DNA of 64,000 nucleotides from Narcine bancroftii (lineage: Eukaryota): contig NC_091475.1 of the NCBI RefSeq assembly GCF_036971445.1, positions 153,760,001-153,824,000 of the forward strand, read 5' to 3'. Numbering within the stretch: the first letter of the stretch is position 1; every line of letters begins with the position of its first letter. Positions 1-11,797 of the stretch are shown in pieces. Both the position numbers and the translations under genes were made by a program. Under the pieces are notes generated by a model. The model was given only the letters and a program-made list of their open reading frames with translations, was not told the DNA's origin and ran no database searches.

Positions 1-266
1 GATAACGCCTCAAACCGTGCATCTTGGTGCCTCACAGTTTGGCGGGCAGCAACCTCCTTTGAAGAAGACCGCAGAGCCCACCTCACTGACAAAAGGCAAA
101 GGAGGAAAAACCCAACACCCAACCCCAACCAACCAATTTTCCCTTGCAACCGCTGCAATCGTGTCTGCCTGTCCCGCATCGGACTTGTCAGCCACAAACG
201 AGCCTGCAGCTGACGTGGACTTTTTACCCCCTCCATAAATCTTCGACCGCGAAGCCAAGCCAAAGA
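1..266 (+). mobile_element. RTE-clade LINE, 3' end (ORF C-terminus and tail)
   Basis: Encodes ...CNRCNRVCLSRIGLVSHKRACS*, the C-terminal CxxC..H signature of RTE elements, followed by a short 3' UTR ending GAAGCCAAGCCAAAGA. The same sequence recurs at 62803-62914 (+) and 63700-64000 (-). Confidence 0.8.
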
Positions 267-1084
267 TTGATAGTGTGTGATGGGCCCATATTTATGAGGC
301 TTAACTTTTCACATTCTTCTGAATTTTTCTCCTGACACAATGTACCCAAAGTTTCCCTGAATACCTATGGATTGATGATCTCACACATCCTCATCAACTT
401 AATTCCAAATTTCCAGAGGTACTGGAAAATCTGAGTGATCACTTGACATGTTTTCATTCAGGTCTTCCAACAAATTTCTAGCACCTGTAAATTGAGTTGT
501 AACAGTGATTGCACATCATGGAGCACATCATTGTTTAGTTTCAATTATCACTAGGTTGGCTTGCACTGCCTCAAGTATGTGCCAATACTTGCTAAAATGC
601 AGTTAGTGTTGGCTGTTTATTGAAATCAGAGGAATCTGTGGAGTGTTTGCTATGTTGCACTGATTAAAGTGTATGTGAATTAATCACATAGCGTCATGTC
701 AGCATAAATTATTTTGCTTGATATTGTGAGCGATTTATGAGTTTTCAGAGGTAATATTTTAATACTTTTGCTCAAGAATTATTTGGTTGTTAAGGTGATA
801 AATTATAGGCAAATAGAACTCTGTACTCTTTCCAATAGAATTGGAAATTGAATTGTTCAAGTGCTTTGGAAATGCTGTTTTCCTGCTCTTTTGGTTCATT
901 TGTTGTTTAAGAAAATGTGCTGAATATCTTAAATTGGACTTCCAGGTGGCTACTGGATGGCATAACAGCAGTAAACAGGACCTCCTGTTCATTTTAAAAC
1001 TCTTCCCATTCATACACCTTTAACTTTTAACCAAAGTGCTTTATATTTTGCCCCTTCACTAATTAATATTGCTGTATTTCGACA

Positions 1085-1670
1085 TGGCCTGCTGCAAAAA
1101 ATGGTAAAACAGCAAAAATGGCAAAAAGGTGGAAGAGACAGCCACCTTGACGCATATTCCAGTTCTGACACGTTGAACAAACATACAAAGGAAATAACCA
1201 CAATGGGTAAAAGAAACTCGATGGGAAACAAAATCTGCTCTTGAAAAAGTCTTACAGATGATATCAGCAATTGACGATCGCTTGGGAGCTGTGGAGATTG
1301 GTTTGGAGTCAGTTAATGAATGTGTTGACAATCTAGAAACTTTGTTCTGAAATGTCTGTTAAGAATCTCATGAATCTCATTAACTTTGAAAGTGGTTGAT
1401 TTGGAGAATAGAAGCAGGCATCAAATATATGGATATTGGGCTTAAAAGAGGACATGGAAAATGGCCAGTTGACTGACTTCTTTTCAAATTTAGTCATGGA
1501 GGTTTTTGGAAGGGAGTTTTTTTTTCCACTAAACCCGAGCTTGACAGAGCTCATTGGTCCATAGCTCCCAATCCAACTTCAGGACACCACTCAAATTTGG
1601 TCATCACTTTCGAAGATGGTCACTAGGAATTTCTGAAATCAATGGAAGAGGCATGCAAAGTTTTGATTCT
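1085..1670 (+). pseudogene. Degraded L1-type ORF1 remnant
   Basis: Frameshifted translation gives KVVDLENRSRH.IWILGLKEDMENG..TDFFSNL..EVFG....KPELDRAHWS, matching the L1 ORF1 motifs DLENRSRR and ELDRAHR. A C-terminal-like VITFEDG...SMEEA follows. Confidence 0.7.
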
Positions 1671-2423
1671 GAAGTTTTTTTTTGTTTTGAATGGGGAAGT
1701 TTGGCCATTCTCTTTTTTGGTTAATTGAAGGGGTAATATTTTGTTTGATAAATGGTTTAATAATTTTGTGTTCTCTTTATTTTTTAATTTTAGCTTAATT
1801 TGTTTCCTGTTGACAGTAAAGATTTAATTGGAATATATTAATCTTACTTCATTAATGTTGAGAATAATGACCCATTTTGGTTATTCATTTATTAATAGTG
1901 CAAGTAATACAGTGTGTGTAGTTTATTAATTGACCATGGAGAAAATATGGTTGTACGCTTCACTTATTGTATGATCGTGGGAAGAGCAGAGCCAACATTA
2001 AAATAATGTATACGTGCACAGTCTATTTTAACTGCAGAAAATTTCATATCATTCAAGTATAGGTTTTAGATACTTATTTTATTGATGTTGAAAAGTAATA
2101 AGTGGATCTTTATATTCTTTGGGGGTTTTCTTTCATTATTAATGATATGGTATTATTTTGAATGCTTGCTGTTTAGCAGTTTTGATGAATTTAACATGTC
2201 AGCGTACATTTTTTTCTTTTCTGCTGATAGTGGGAAGGAGACATGAATTTATTAGGCATGCACTTGTATTTCTTTACTGTAGACTTTTTCATTTTCACTT
2301 TGATGTATTCTTTTGTATAATTTTTTTATTGTCTGAGAAAAAAAGTAATTATTCTTTTAAAATAATGAGCTATACTTCAACAGAAGTGTAAGGATTTAAA
2401 ATGTTTTTTTAGCTTGTTGCTGC

Positions 2424-3190
2424 TCTTTTTTTGAAAATTTTATTTAATTTCACATAAGCATTAAAAAACATAAATCCTTTATCCAAAAATAGTGAGAAAT
2501 TAATACTTATAGAGAGTTTTTTTAAAAATCCCCTCCCATCTTCCCCCTCCCCCCAACAACCCAATAGAAAAAAAGGAAAAAAAGAAAAGAAGAAGAAAGA
2601 AAACATCAGGATAATATTTATAAAAACTTACTAAAGCTATCAAATAAAATTGAACATATTTTAATTTTCTTAATTTTAGAAGTTGGAAGATTCAGGTTGA
2701 GTGGTTAAAACTTAATTCCTACAATTTGTAAACATGATTCTCAAATTTTTTGAAAGTTTTCAAATTTGTTACGTAAATTATAATTATGTAATCTTTTCAA
2801 GTGATATACAACTACCTATTTCAGTATTGCCATCTATCCATTCCGAAATACACATCTGATTTCCAAGATATTTCCACAAATTTTCTAGCTATGACTAGGG
2901 CTATTTTAACATTTTTTTGGTATTTATTTAATTTCAATTTTAATGATCTCTTTTCAATTTTTGATGTTCAACTTCAGTTAAATGTATTTCTGGTAATAAA
3001 AAAAACAATATTCACTTGCATCTTTTTCATAAATAACTAATTTTTTTCTTTTAATCCAATTTTTAATCCTGTTAATATTAATACTTTTAAAAATTGCCAT
3101 TTCACCAATTAATTATTATGATAATAATACCATCTCTCATCCATACCTCATCACTTCCAACTCCTGGTTCTGCTACATTATCATATATAA
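2424..3190 (-). mobile_element. Internally deleted L1 (ORF2 N-terminus fused to ORF2 C-terminus, plus 3' UTR)
   Basis: ATG at 3100 gives MAIFKSININRIKNWIKRKK...EIHLTEVEHQKLKRD, joined near 2941 to LKLNKYQKNVKIALVIARK..ISWKSD....CISLEKIT, with a stop near 2705. A G-rich 3' UTR and AATAAA/A-tail follow near 2425-2445. Confidence 0.75.
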
Positions 3191-3203
3191 CACTTATTAT
3201 CAG

Positions 3204-4481
3204 CTATATGTAATTTGTTTGTCCTTTTTCATTGTTGCCAATACCGTTCTTTTAGCTTGTTCTGTTTTAAGCTGCCAAGCTAGTATTTTGTGCGTTTTTT
3301 CTCCTTGCTCATAATACTTCTGCTTTAGAGAATGGGAAAGAAAAGGAATTAAAAGAATAGAAAATTGTTTTTTGGGAAATAATTTATTATCATTTGAACA
3401 AATAAAGTACAAATATGGAATAACTCATGGTACAATGTTTGCATACCACCAACTGAAAACATACTTAAAAGACAAATTGGGAAGCAGACTGAGATTACCA
3501 GAAGGAAGCAGCTTTGAATATGTGATTACAGACACAATGATAATTAAAAGATTTATAACAAGCATGTACATCAAGCTGCAAGACAAAGAAAATGATGAAA
3601 TAAGCTATAAACCCAAATAAAAGGTTTAAGGTCAAGGTCTAAACATAAAGATAAAAAATGAAATATGGGAAAAGCTATGCTCCGGAACTATGAGAGATAT
3701 AATAAATACGAGGTTACGCATGATACAATATAACTGGTTATACAGGCTATAGATCACACCCAAAAAGTTAAATAAATGGGATCCAACAGTATCAGATAAA
3801 TGTTTTCGCTGTAAGAAGGAATTGGGAACAACAGCACATGCAATTTGGGCATGTGAGAAAGTGAAAAAATTTTGGGAAGATCTAAATCAGATATTAAATA
3901 AAATCACTAAAAGCAACATACCAAAAAAGTCCAGAGATCTTTCTTCTAAGTAATATAAGAAGTAAAGAATTAGGACTCAAACTGGATGAAGCACAAAAAA
4001 GATTTATTATGATAGCCTTAGCTGTAGCAAAAAAATGTATAATGTCAACTTGGAAATCAGAAGAAAGCCTGAGAGTACAGCAATGGTACATAGAAATGAA
4101 TTAATGTATTCCATTGGAAAAAAATAACATATAATTTAAAAAATAAAGTCACATTATTTGAACAAATTTGGGAACCATACATGGAACACAACAGAGAGGC
4201 CTACTGTGGACCTCCACCCCCTAAAATTATAGAATGAGAAGAAGACAAAATGAACTAATCCAGTGTGTAAAAGTAGATGACACAATTTTCTTATTTATTT
4301 TTATTGTGTGATGACATTGTTTATTGGGTTTATTGCATTGTATATGTTGATCATTTAATGGGTTTGGAGGGGGATGGGGAGGGGGAAAAAAGGGGAGAAA
4401 TATATATTCAAGAGGGAAATGTGTGTATGTATTTTCATTAATATGGTTCATAGTGTAAAAAATTTTTAAAAATTAAAAAAA
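3204..4481 (+). mobile_element. L1 3' fragment with an inverted 5' segment (same family as 27928-32049)
   Basis: 3204-3326 is antisense ORF2 (KQKYYEQGEKTHKILAWQLKTEQ...QITY). 3323-4220 is sense ORF2 C-terminus including CFRCKKELGTTAHAIWAC, followed by a G-rich UTR and A-rich tail. Confidence 0.85.
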
Positions 4482-5404
4482 GAAATGAAACTTTTTAGGT
4501 AATTTTATGAACAATTATATACTTCTGAATCATTACAAGTTTATGTTAATATAGATAATTATTCATCACTAATAGTATTACCTAGTTTAACTGAATTAGA
4601 TAAACATGAGCTTGATAGTCATTTACTGAATGAGAAGTTATAGAAGCACTTAATTGTTTACAAAATAATAAATCTCCAGGAGAAGATGATTTTCCTGTGG
4701 AATTTTATAAAGAATTTAAAGATTTTATAATTCCTTTGTTTATGCAAGTAATAGAACAAGCTTCTAATGTGTGTGATTTTTCCAGACACTTTTTCGACAG
4801 CATAATCTTAGTTATTCCTATAAAGAATTGAGATCTATTAAAAGCAGTTTTGTATAGACCAATGACATTGTTGAATGCTGATTATAAAATTATAGCAAAT
4901 ATATTAGCAAGTAGAATTAATATTTTTACCTGAATTAATAAATACAGATTAAAATAGGTTTGTTAAAAATAGGCAATCTTTTGAAAATGAAGCTAGACTA
5001 TTAAGTGTAATTCATTTAGCACAAAAAAGAGGAGACTTAAGTGTAACAGTAGCATTAGATGCAGAAAAGGTCTTTGATAGATTGGAATGAGTTTTTTTCT
5101 TTAAAGTTTTAAGTAAATTTAGTTTTGGATTTACTTTTATAAATTGGATCAAAGCAGTCTATAAGAGCCCTAAAGCTCTAATGGACAGATATCTCAATCA
5201 TTTAATTTAACAAGATCAAGAAGGTAAGGATGTCCTATATCTTCAGCTCTGTTTTTATTGGCTATAGACCCTCCTACGCAAATGATTCATACAGATGAGC
5301 AATTAAAAGGTTTCAGGGTAAACTAAATGGAACATAAGATTAGTTTATTTGCAGATGATGTTTTAGTATATTTGAGTTAACTACAATTATTGTTACCTAG
5401 ACAT

Positions 5405-5920
5405 TGTTAGGTCTGCTTTGTTCAAGAATGAGTGAGTCAGACACCAGACTGAGTCGAAATCAAGGTTCTTTATTACCGGATTGTAACACTTACAACTAAC
5501 AGTGTTAGTTGGAGAAGGCGCATTCTCCTGATATCAGCAAGTGGTGTTTTTTTATACCTCAGGACACATACTTAGTAAATTATCATTCCATTACACTGTC
5601 CAATGAATAAGCTGTTGCTACCCTTCACTGTTAATCTGCTGCTCATCAGCTTGTTAGTGCCAAGCTTATCTTGAGTGTACAAGGTCACATCTGCATTCTG
5701 TTACTCCTTAGTACTGGGTGACTCCTTCTCCGGTCCCATCGAAATCAGATACTTCTGATTGCTGTTTTAGATGTGGTGATGAGATTGGAACTTTTTTACA
5801 TTCAACTTGTATCCTGTTCAAAATTTAAACTATTTTGGATTTCTATTCGCTTTTTTTGCAATAAGTAACTAGTATTGTTTTTCTGTTAAATCCTGAATTA
5901 TTGTTGTATTTTACCTTACA
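5405..5920 (-). mobile_element. Solo LTR with 4-bp TSD
   Basis: Begins TGTTAG and ends CTTACA, flanked by ACAT at 5401-5404 and 5921-5924. TTTATT near 5469 gives a minus-strand polyA signal. It splits the L1 RT region. Confidence 0.75.
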
Positions 5921-7505
5921 ACATCATGATCAATTGATAGAGTATGGAAGAATTCCTGGTTATAAAATTATTGGGATAAAAGTGAAGTTATGCCATTAGT
6001 ACAAGGTGATTATTTACAATGTCAAAGAGATATTCAATTTAGATGGACTAAGGATGGGATTAAGTATTTGGGGACATGTATAGATAATGATTTGAAAAAT
6101 GTAAATAAATTAAACTATGTTCAATTGCTTAAGAAAATAACTGAAGATTTGAAAAGATGAGAAAATTTACCTATAACTTTAATTGGAAGAGTTAATTGTA
6201 TTAGAATAAATATTTTTCTGAGAATCCAATATTTATTTCAAATTTTACCAATTTTTATTCCCCAAAAATTCTTAAACAAGTTAGGAAATTTCTTTGGAAA
6301 GGTAAAGTAGCAAGAGTATTGATGGAAAAAGCAATATGGAAGTATGAACAAAGTGGATTAGAACTTCCTAATTTTAAGAATTATTATAAGGCGGCACAAT
6401 TGAGGTTTCTTGCTTCTTTATTTGGGAAAATTAAATATGCTTGGGTGGAAATTGAGTTAAATAAAATTGGAGAAGAAAAAGTTGAAGAGTTTGTATCTAG
6501 ATGGGAACCAAGATTGATGACTGCTGACAGAGATGCTCCATTATTGAAACATTTGGAATGAAATTAATTAAGAAAATGATGGAGGCTCCTTGTCACCAAA
6601 GATGCCATTAGTTAACCCTCATAACTTTCTCGAAAGATAATCCATTTTAAAATATGTGGTATTTTAAAGGAATTTGTAAAATAGGGGACTGTTATGAAAG
6701 TGGTCGATTGATGACATTTGATCATTTGATATGATATTCCTCGTAATGCTCTTTTTTGTTTCTTTTCAACTAAGAGCCTATTTGAGAGATAAATTAGGAC
6801 CACAAATTATATCAATGAATTGTACGGATTTAGAAAAATTGGTTACTGATGGAATTATTAAGAAATTTATTTCTTAATATTTCACAGGAGAAAATGCATA
6901 AATTAGGTTTATATAAGTCAAAGGAAAGATTGGAACAAGTCTTACATATATCAATAGATGAACAGACATGTAAAAATTTGTGTAAAGATATTATGATTTA
7001 TGCAATTAATGTAAGATGTAGGTTGTTTCAGTATAATTTTTTACATCAATTATATTTTACACATCAAAAACTGAATAAATCGAAATCAGATACTTCTGAT
7101 TGATGTTTTAGATGTGGTGATGAGATTGGAACTTTTTTACATTCAACTTGTATCCTGTTGAAAATTTAAACTATTTTGGATTTCTATTCGCTTTTTTTGC
7201 AATAAGTAACTAGTATTGTTTTTCTGTTAAATCCTGAATTATTGTTGATAGGAAATTTTAGAAATATAATTCCTAAATTAGATTTATCAGATTCTCAATT
7301 AAAATTTGTTAAATTAGCTCTGGTAATAGTGAGAAAATATATTGCTATTACTTGGAAATCTGATTTTTTTTTATATTTGGAAGATAGCAAACGGAAATTC
7401 AATGTTGTATTCCATTAGAAAAAAAATTATGTATAATCTAAGAGGTAAATATTCTATCTTTTTCCAGATTTGGAACCTATCTGTTCAAATAGTAGGTTTA
7501 AATTT

Positions 7506-9520
7506 ATAACATAACATAACAATTACAGCACGGAAACAGGCCATTAGGCCCTTCTAGTCCGCACCGAACCAAACACCCCTTTCTAGTCCCACCTCCCTGC
7601 ACAATGCCCATAACCCTCCATCTTCTTCTCATCCATATACCAGTCCAACCTTTTCTTAAATAATACAATTGACTCCGCCGCCACTATTTCTCCCGGAAGA
7701 TGATTCCACACAGCTACCACTCTCTGAGTAAAGAAGTTCCCCCTCATGTTACCTCTAAACCTCTGCCCCTTAATTCTTAACTCATGTCCTCTTGTTTTAA
7801 TCTTTCTTCCTCTTAACGGAAATAGTCTATCCACATCCATTCTGTCTATCCCTTTCATAATCTTAAATACTTCTATCAAATCCCCTCTCAACCTTCTACG
7901 CTTCAAAGAATAAAGACCCAATCTGTCCAATCTCTCCCCATACTCCAGATGCTTAAACCCAGGCAACATTCTGGTAAACCTTCTCTGCACTCTCTCCACT
8001 CTGTTTATATCCTTCCTATAATTAGGCGACCAGAACTGCACACAGAACTCCAAATTAGGCCGCACCAACGTCTTATACAATCTCAACATCACCTCCCAAC
8101 TCCTATATTCCATGCAATGATTGATAAAGGCCAGCATACTAAAAGCCTTCTTCACCACCCTATTCACGTGAGTTTCTACCTTCAGGGAACGATGTACCGT
8201 TACTCCTAAATCTTTCTGCTCTTCTGTATTCCTCAATGCTCTCCCATTTACCACATATGTCCTATTCTGATTCTTCTTACCAAAATGAAGCACCTCACAC
8301 TTATCAGCATTAAATTCCATCTGCCATTTTTCAGCCCACTTTTCTAAGCAGCCCAAATCCCTCTGCAATCCTTGAAAACCTTCTTCATTATCCACTATTC
8401 CACCTATCTTAGTATCGTCTGCATATTTACTAATCCAATTCACCACCCCATCATCTAGATCATTAATGTATATAACGAACAACAATGGGCCCAATACAGA
8501 TCCTTGAGGCACACCACTGGTCACCGGCCTCCAACCTGACAGACAATTATCCACTACCACTCTCTGGCCTCTCCCTTTCAGCCAATGTTCAATCCATTTG
8601 ACTATCTCAAAATTTATACCTAAAGACTGCACCTTCCTAATTAACCTTCCATGTGGTACCTTATCGAAGGCCTTACTGAAGTCCATATAAACAACATCCA
8701 CTGCGCTACTCTCATCCACATTCCTAGTCACCTCTTTAAAAAATTCAATCAGATTGGTCAAACATGACCTTCCTCCCACAAATCCATGTTGAGTGCTCCT
8801 GATCAGACCCTGTCTATCCAGATGTTTATAAGTACTATCTCTAAGAATTTTCTCCATTAATTTACCTACCACAGACGTCAAACTTACAGGCCGATAGTTG
8901 CCAGGCTTCCTCCTTGAACCCTTTTTAAATAACGGAACCACATGCGCAATGCGCCAATCCTCCGGCACTATCCCCATATCTAATGACATTTGGAAAATTA
9001 CCACCAGAGCCTCTGCTATTTCCTCCTTCACTTCTCTCAATGTCCTGGGGAAGATCCCGTCTGGTCCCAGAGACTTATCCACCTTTATATTCTTCAAAAG
9101 CCTTAAAACTACACCTTTTGTAATCTCTATATTCCCCATATTTACCCAATTTGCTTTTTTTATCCCACATCTCCCAATATCCTTCTCCTTAGTGAATACC
9201 AAAGAAAAGAAACTGTTCAATATCTCCCCCATTTCTCTAGGCTCCACACACAGTTTTCCACTCTGATTTTCTAAGGGACCAATTTTGTCTCTAGCTTTCC
9301 TCTTACCATTAACATATTTGTAGAACTCTTTTGGATTAGTTTTCACCCTGCTTGCCACAGTTTTCTCGTACCTTCTTTTAGCTTTCCTAATTCCTCTCTT
9401 AAGATTCCTCTTACATTCAATGTATCTTTCAAACATCTCCTTAACTCCATGCTTCTTATATCTAATGTACGCCTCCCTTTTTCTTCGAACCAAGTTTCCA
9501 ATATTCCTTGAAAACCACGG
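7506..9520 (-). mobile_element. Young 5'-truncated CR1-clade LINE
   Basis: Open RT ORF 7583-9493, a short 3' UTR and a (GTTAT)n tail, read as ATAACATAACATAAC at ~7506-7520 on the + strand. Confidence 0.92.
7583..9493 (-). CDS. CR1 ORF2 reverse transcriptase, N-terminally truncated (636 aa open frame)
   Basis: Motifs KSLGPDGI, PGNYRPVSLTS, QHGF, DFSKAFDKVPH, GVPQGSVLGP, YADD, EKDLG-like QKDLGV, LVRPNLEFCVQFWSP and RRLRGDLIEVFK. No endonuclease domain is present. Confidence 0.85.
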   Translation of the reverse strand: MVRRKREAYIRYKKHGVKEMFERYIECKRNLKRGIRKAKRRYEKTVASRVKTNPKEFYKYVNGKRKARDKIGPLENQSGKLCVEPREMGEILNSFFSLVFTKEKDIGRCGIKKANWVNMGNIEITKGVVLRLLKNIKVDKSLGPDGIFPRTLREVKEEIAEALVVIFQMSLDMGIVPEDWRIAHVVPLFKKGSRRKPGNYRPVSLTSVVGKLMEKILRDSTYKHLDRQGLIRSTQHGFVGGRSCLTNLIEFFKEVTRNVDESSAVDVVYMDFSKAFDKVPHGRLIRKVQSLGINFEIVKWIEHWLKGRGQRVVVDNCLSGWRPVTSGVPQGSVLGPLLFVIYINDLDDGVVNWISKYADDTKIGGIVDNEEGFQGLQRDLGCLEKWAEKWQMEFNADKCEVLHFGKKNQNRTYVVNGRALRNTEEQKDLGVTVHRSLKVETHVNRVVKKAFSMLAFINHCMEYRSWEVMLRLYKTLVRPNLEFCVQFWSPNYRKDINRVERVQRRFTRMLPGFKHLEYGERLDRLGLYSLKRRRLRGDLIEVFKIMKGIDRMDVDRLFPLRGRKIKTRGHELRIKGQRFRGNMRGNFFTQRVVAVWNHLPGEIVAAESIVLFKKRLDWYMDEKKMEGYGHCAGRWD

Positions 9521-11797
9521 AATAATTTCTTTGTATAATTGGTTATACTTTAAAATATCTATAAAAATATTTTAAAAAGAATATATTAAATCGCCTTGTG
9601 TAAACAACTCTTGTAGTCATGATCCAACAGGAATTTATTATATTCTGCATACTAGAGCTGATGACAATGAAAAAGAAATCTGTTTGTTTTTATAGTACAC
9701 GAGAAGCTGCAACTCTGTGGATTTGTTATATTCTGATTACAAACACGCTTTTAAAAGATTAAATAAGGTATACATTATGAAGAGTGAACAAAGGAAAGCT
9801 GGAAGGTCTCAGCAGGTCAAGCAGAAGCCATGGATAGAAATTGTCATTCAGCGTTTCAGGTCCAAACCCAGGGTCGATGCAAGCTTTGAACCCCACCCCC
9901 CCCCCCCCCAAGTGAGGTGTTGTACCCACATATGCTAGCAAACATTGCTTGCCATCAGACCTGCCCCTGTCCTTGTCACTAGTGTGCATCAAGCGTCACT
10001 AGCATCTAGCTTGACACACGCTAGTGACTCTCTCAACATTAAAAGCAGTGCTTTCGTTGGAGGGATGGAGGACAATAAAGATCATCAGCAGGTAGGTACC
10101 AGCATCCACCCACACCTATTCCGCTGAGCGAGTTTACGATCATTGGATTGTGCCCCTCCCGACCCCACTGGTTATCCAAATGCCCCCCTCTAATACTCAT
10201 TCTGGTGTCAACCCTATCCAAACCCTTTATTGGCACTGAAGTGAGGAGGTGAGCTATCAAGTAGATTAAAGGGGGAAAGAAGTGGGGAGAGGCTGATAAG
10301 AGCATTTGAAAGTGTAAGAGGGGAGCAGTGTGAGAGAGCTTCGCAGAACTTCACAGAACTCCATTCAGAGGGGGGAAGAAAACTTCAAAGAAGACATGCC
10401 TTGAGAATTTGCAGTAAAGTAGAACAGTGGAAATGAAAAAAAGCAGGGGCAGGAAACTTGAGTGAACACAGAAAAGCTAAAGGGACTGAGTTTGTCAGAC
10501 AGCATCCATGAGAGAGAGAGAGAGAGTATTAATAGCATTGCTTCAGCTTTTTTAATGGAAATTGTGAACATTGTGTTCGATGTTTCAGAGTTGAATAATA
10601 GAGGTTTATATAATTTAAAGTTTCCTAAGCTATCCCAGCAGAAAGGATGTTACCTGAACATTGTTTTTTTCAGGATGTGGTTAATACTGTGAAGGCCAGC
10701 ATTTATTACTCATGCTTAATTGCTCTTCTAAAAGCAGTTGAGACTCACCTCCTTGAACTGTTACAGCCCTCTTAGTGAAGTAATAGCGATGTATTTATAA
10801 TTGAGAAACTGTTATATCCAGATAATCAAAAGCAGGACAAAGCCAATCTGACAAATTATCACCAAATCAGACCACTTACCTATTCAGGCTACTTCAAAAG
10901 TGCATCCCAACCTTTACCCCAAACATAGAACACCTCACTGTTATATGAGGAACAATTGTTGGCTCTTGGACTGTTCACTTTGCTGGGTCTACTTTCTAGA
11001 ACTCCCAGTCCAACATGAGAAGGATTACCTTCTTGGGGACTATAAGCAATTTCCAGAAAGCCCAGACTAAATGAATAAATAGAACAATGAGAATTATAAA
11101 GCAGATTTTTCTGCACATGGTTATGCTTGTGGCAAGACTATATAAATTATAAAATATGAACTGATATAGTGAAACTCATCATATTAACATTGATTTAAAT
11201 TGGGACAGGAAAAAGGGACTTTCAAAGAGTGTAATCAAACAACATTCACAATGAAAGGTAAGACAGATAAATAAAGTTCTTTGCCATATCAGTCTTTTTT
11301 TTACCTTAGAAAATCATTATATTCCCTTCTTAAATGAGACAGACTTTTCATTTCCACACCTATTGTTAAATCCCAAACACCTTTAGTTGCTTCAGAAATG
11401 ACCTTCCCATCATAAGGTCAGAAGCCCGGTAGTCTATAGATAATTGTAGTGTTTAACTCCAATTGAAATTCCTCATATAACAAAATACTTCATGTCAGCA
11501 GATAGCAAAACTAGGGCTACATCCAAATTGGCTTGAGAAATGGAAAATAACAGGTGCTCCGTGCACCTGATCATTTCCAACAAGAAAATGTGCAATAGTT
11601 AAAGGAATTATCATTTTTAATTTCCCTTGGATATATCACCATTGACCATTCAACTGAATCTGCTCTGTGGATACTAGATTGGAACAGAATTTAATTTCAT
11701 TGCAGTAGATTAGATTTCAGCATTGAATCATAGAGTGAAACAGCACAGAAACAAATCCTTTGTCCCATCATGTTCATATTGATCATCAAGAACCATC

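Larger units (their letters stand above)
4482..9590 (+). mobile_element. Old degraded L1 ORF2 and 3' UTR, interrupted by a solo LTR (5405-5920) and a CR1 (~7506-9520)
   Basis: Motifs KSPGEDDFPVEFYKEF, YRPMTLLNADYKII, ALDAEKVFDRLE, SLFADDVLVYL, GLELPNFKNYYKAAQL, CFRCGDEIGT and CIPLEK occur in ORF2 order with many stops and frameshifts. An AT-rich tail resumes after the CR1 at 9521-9590. Confidence 0.8.
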
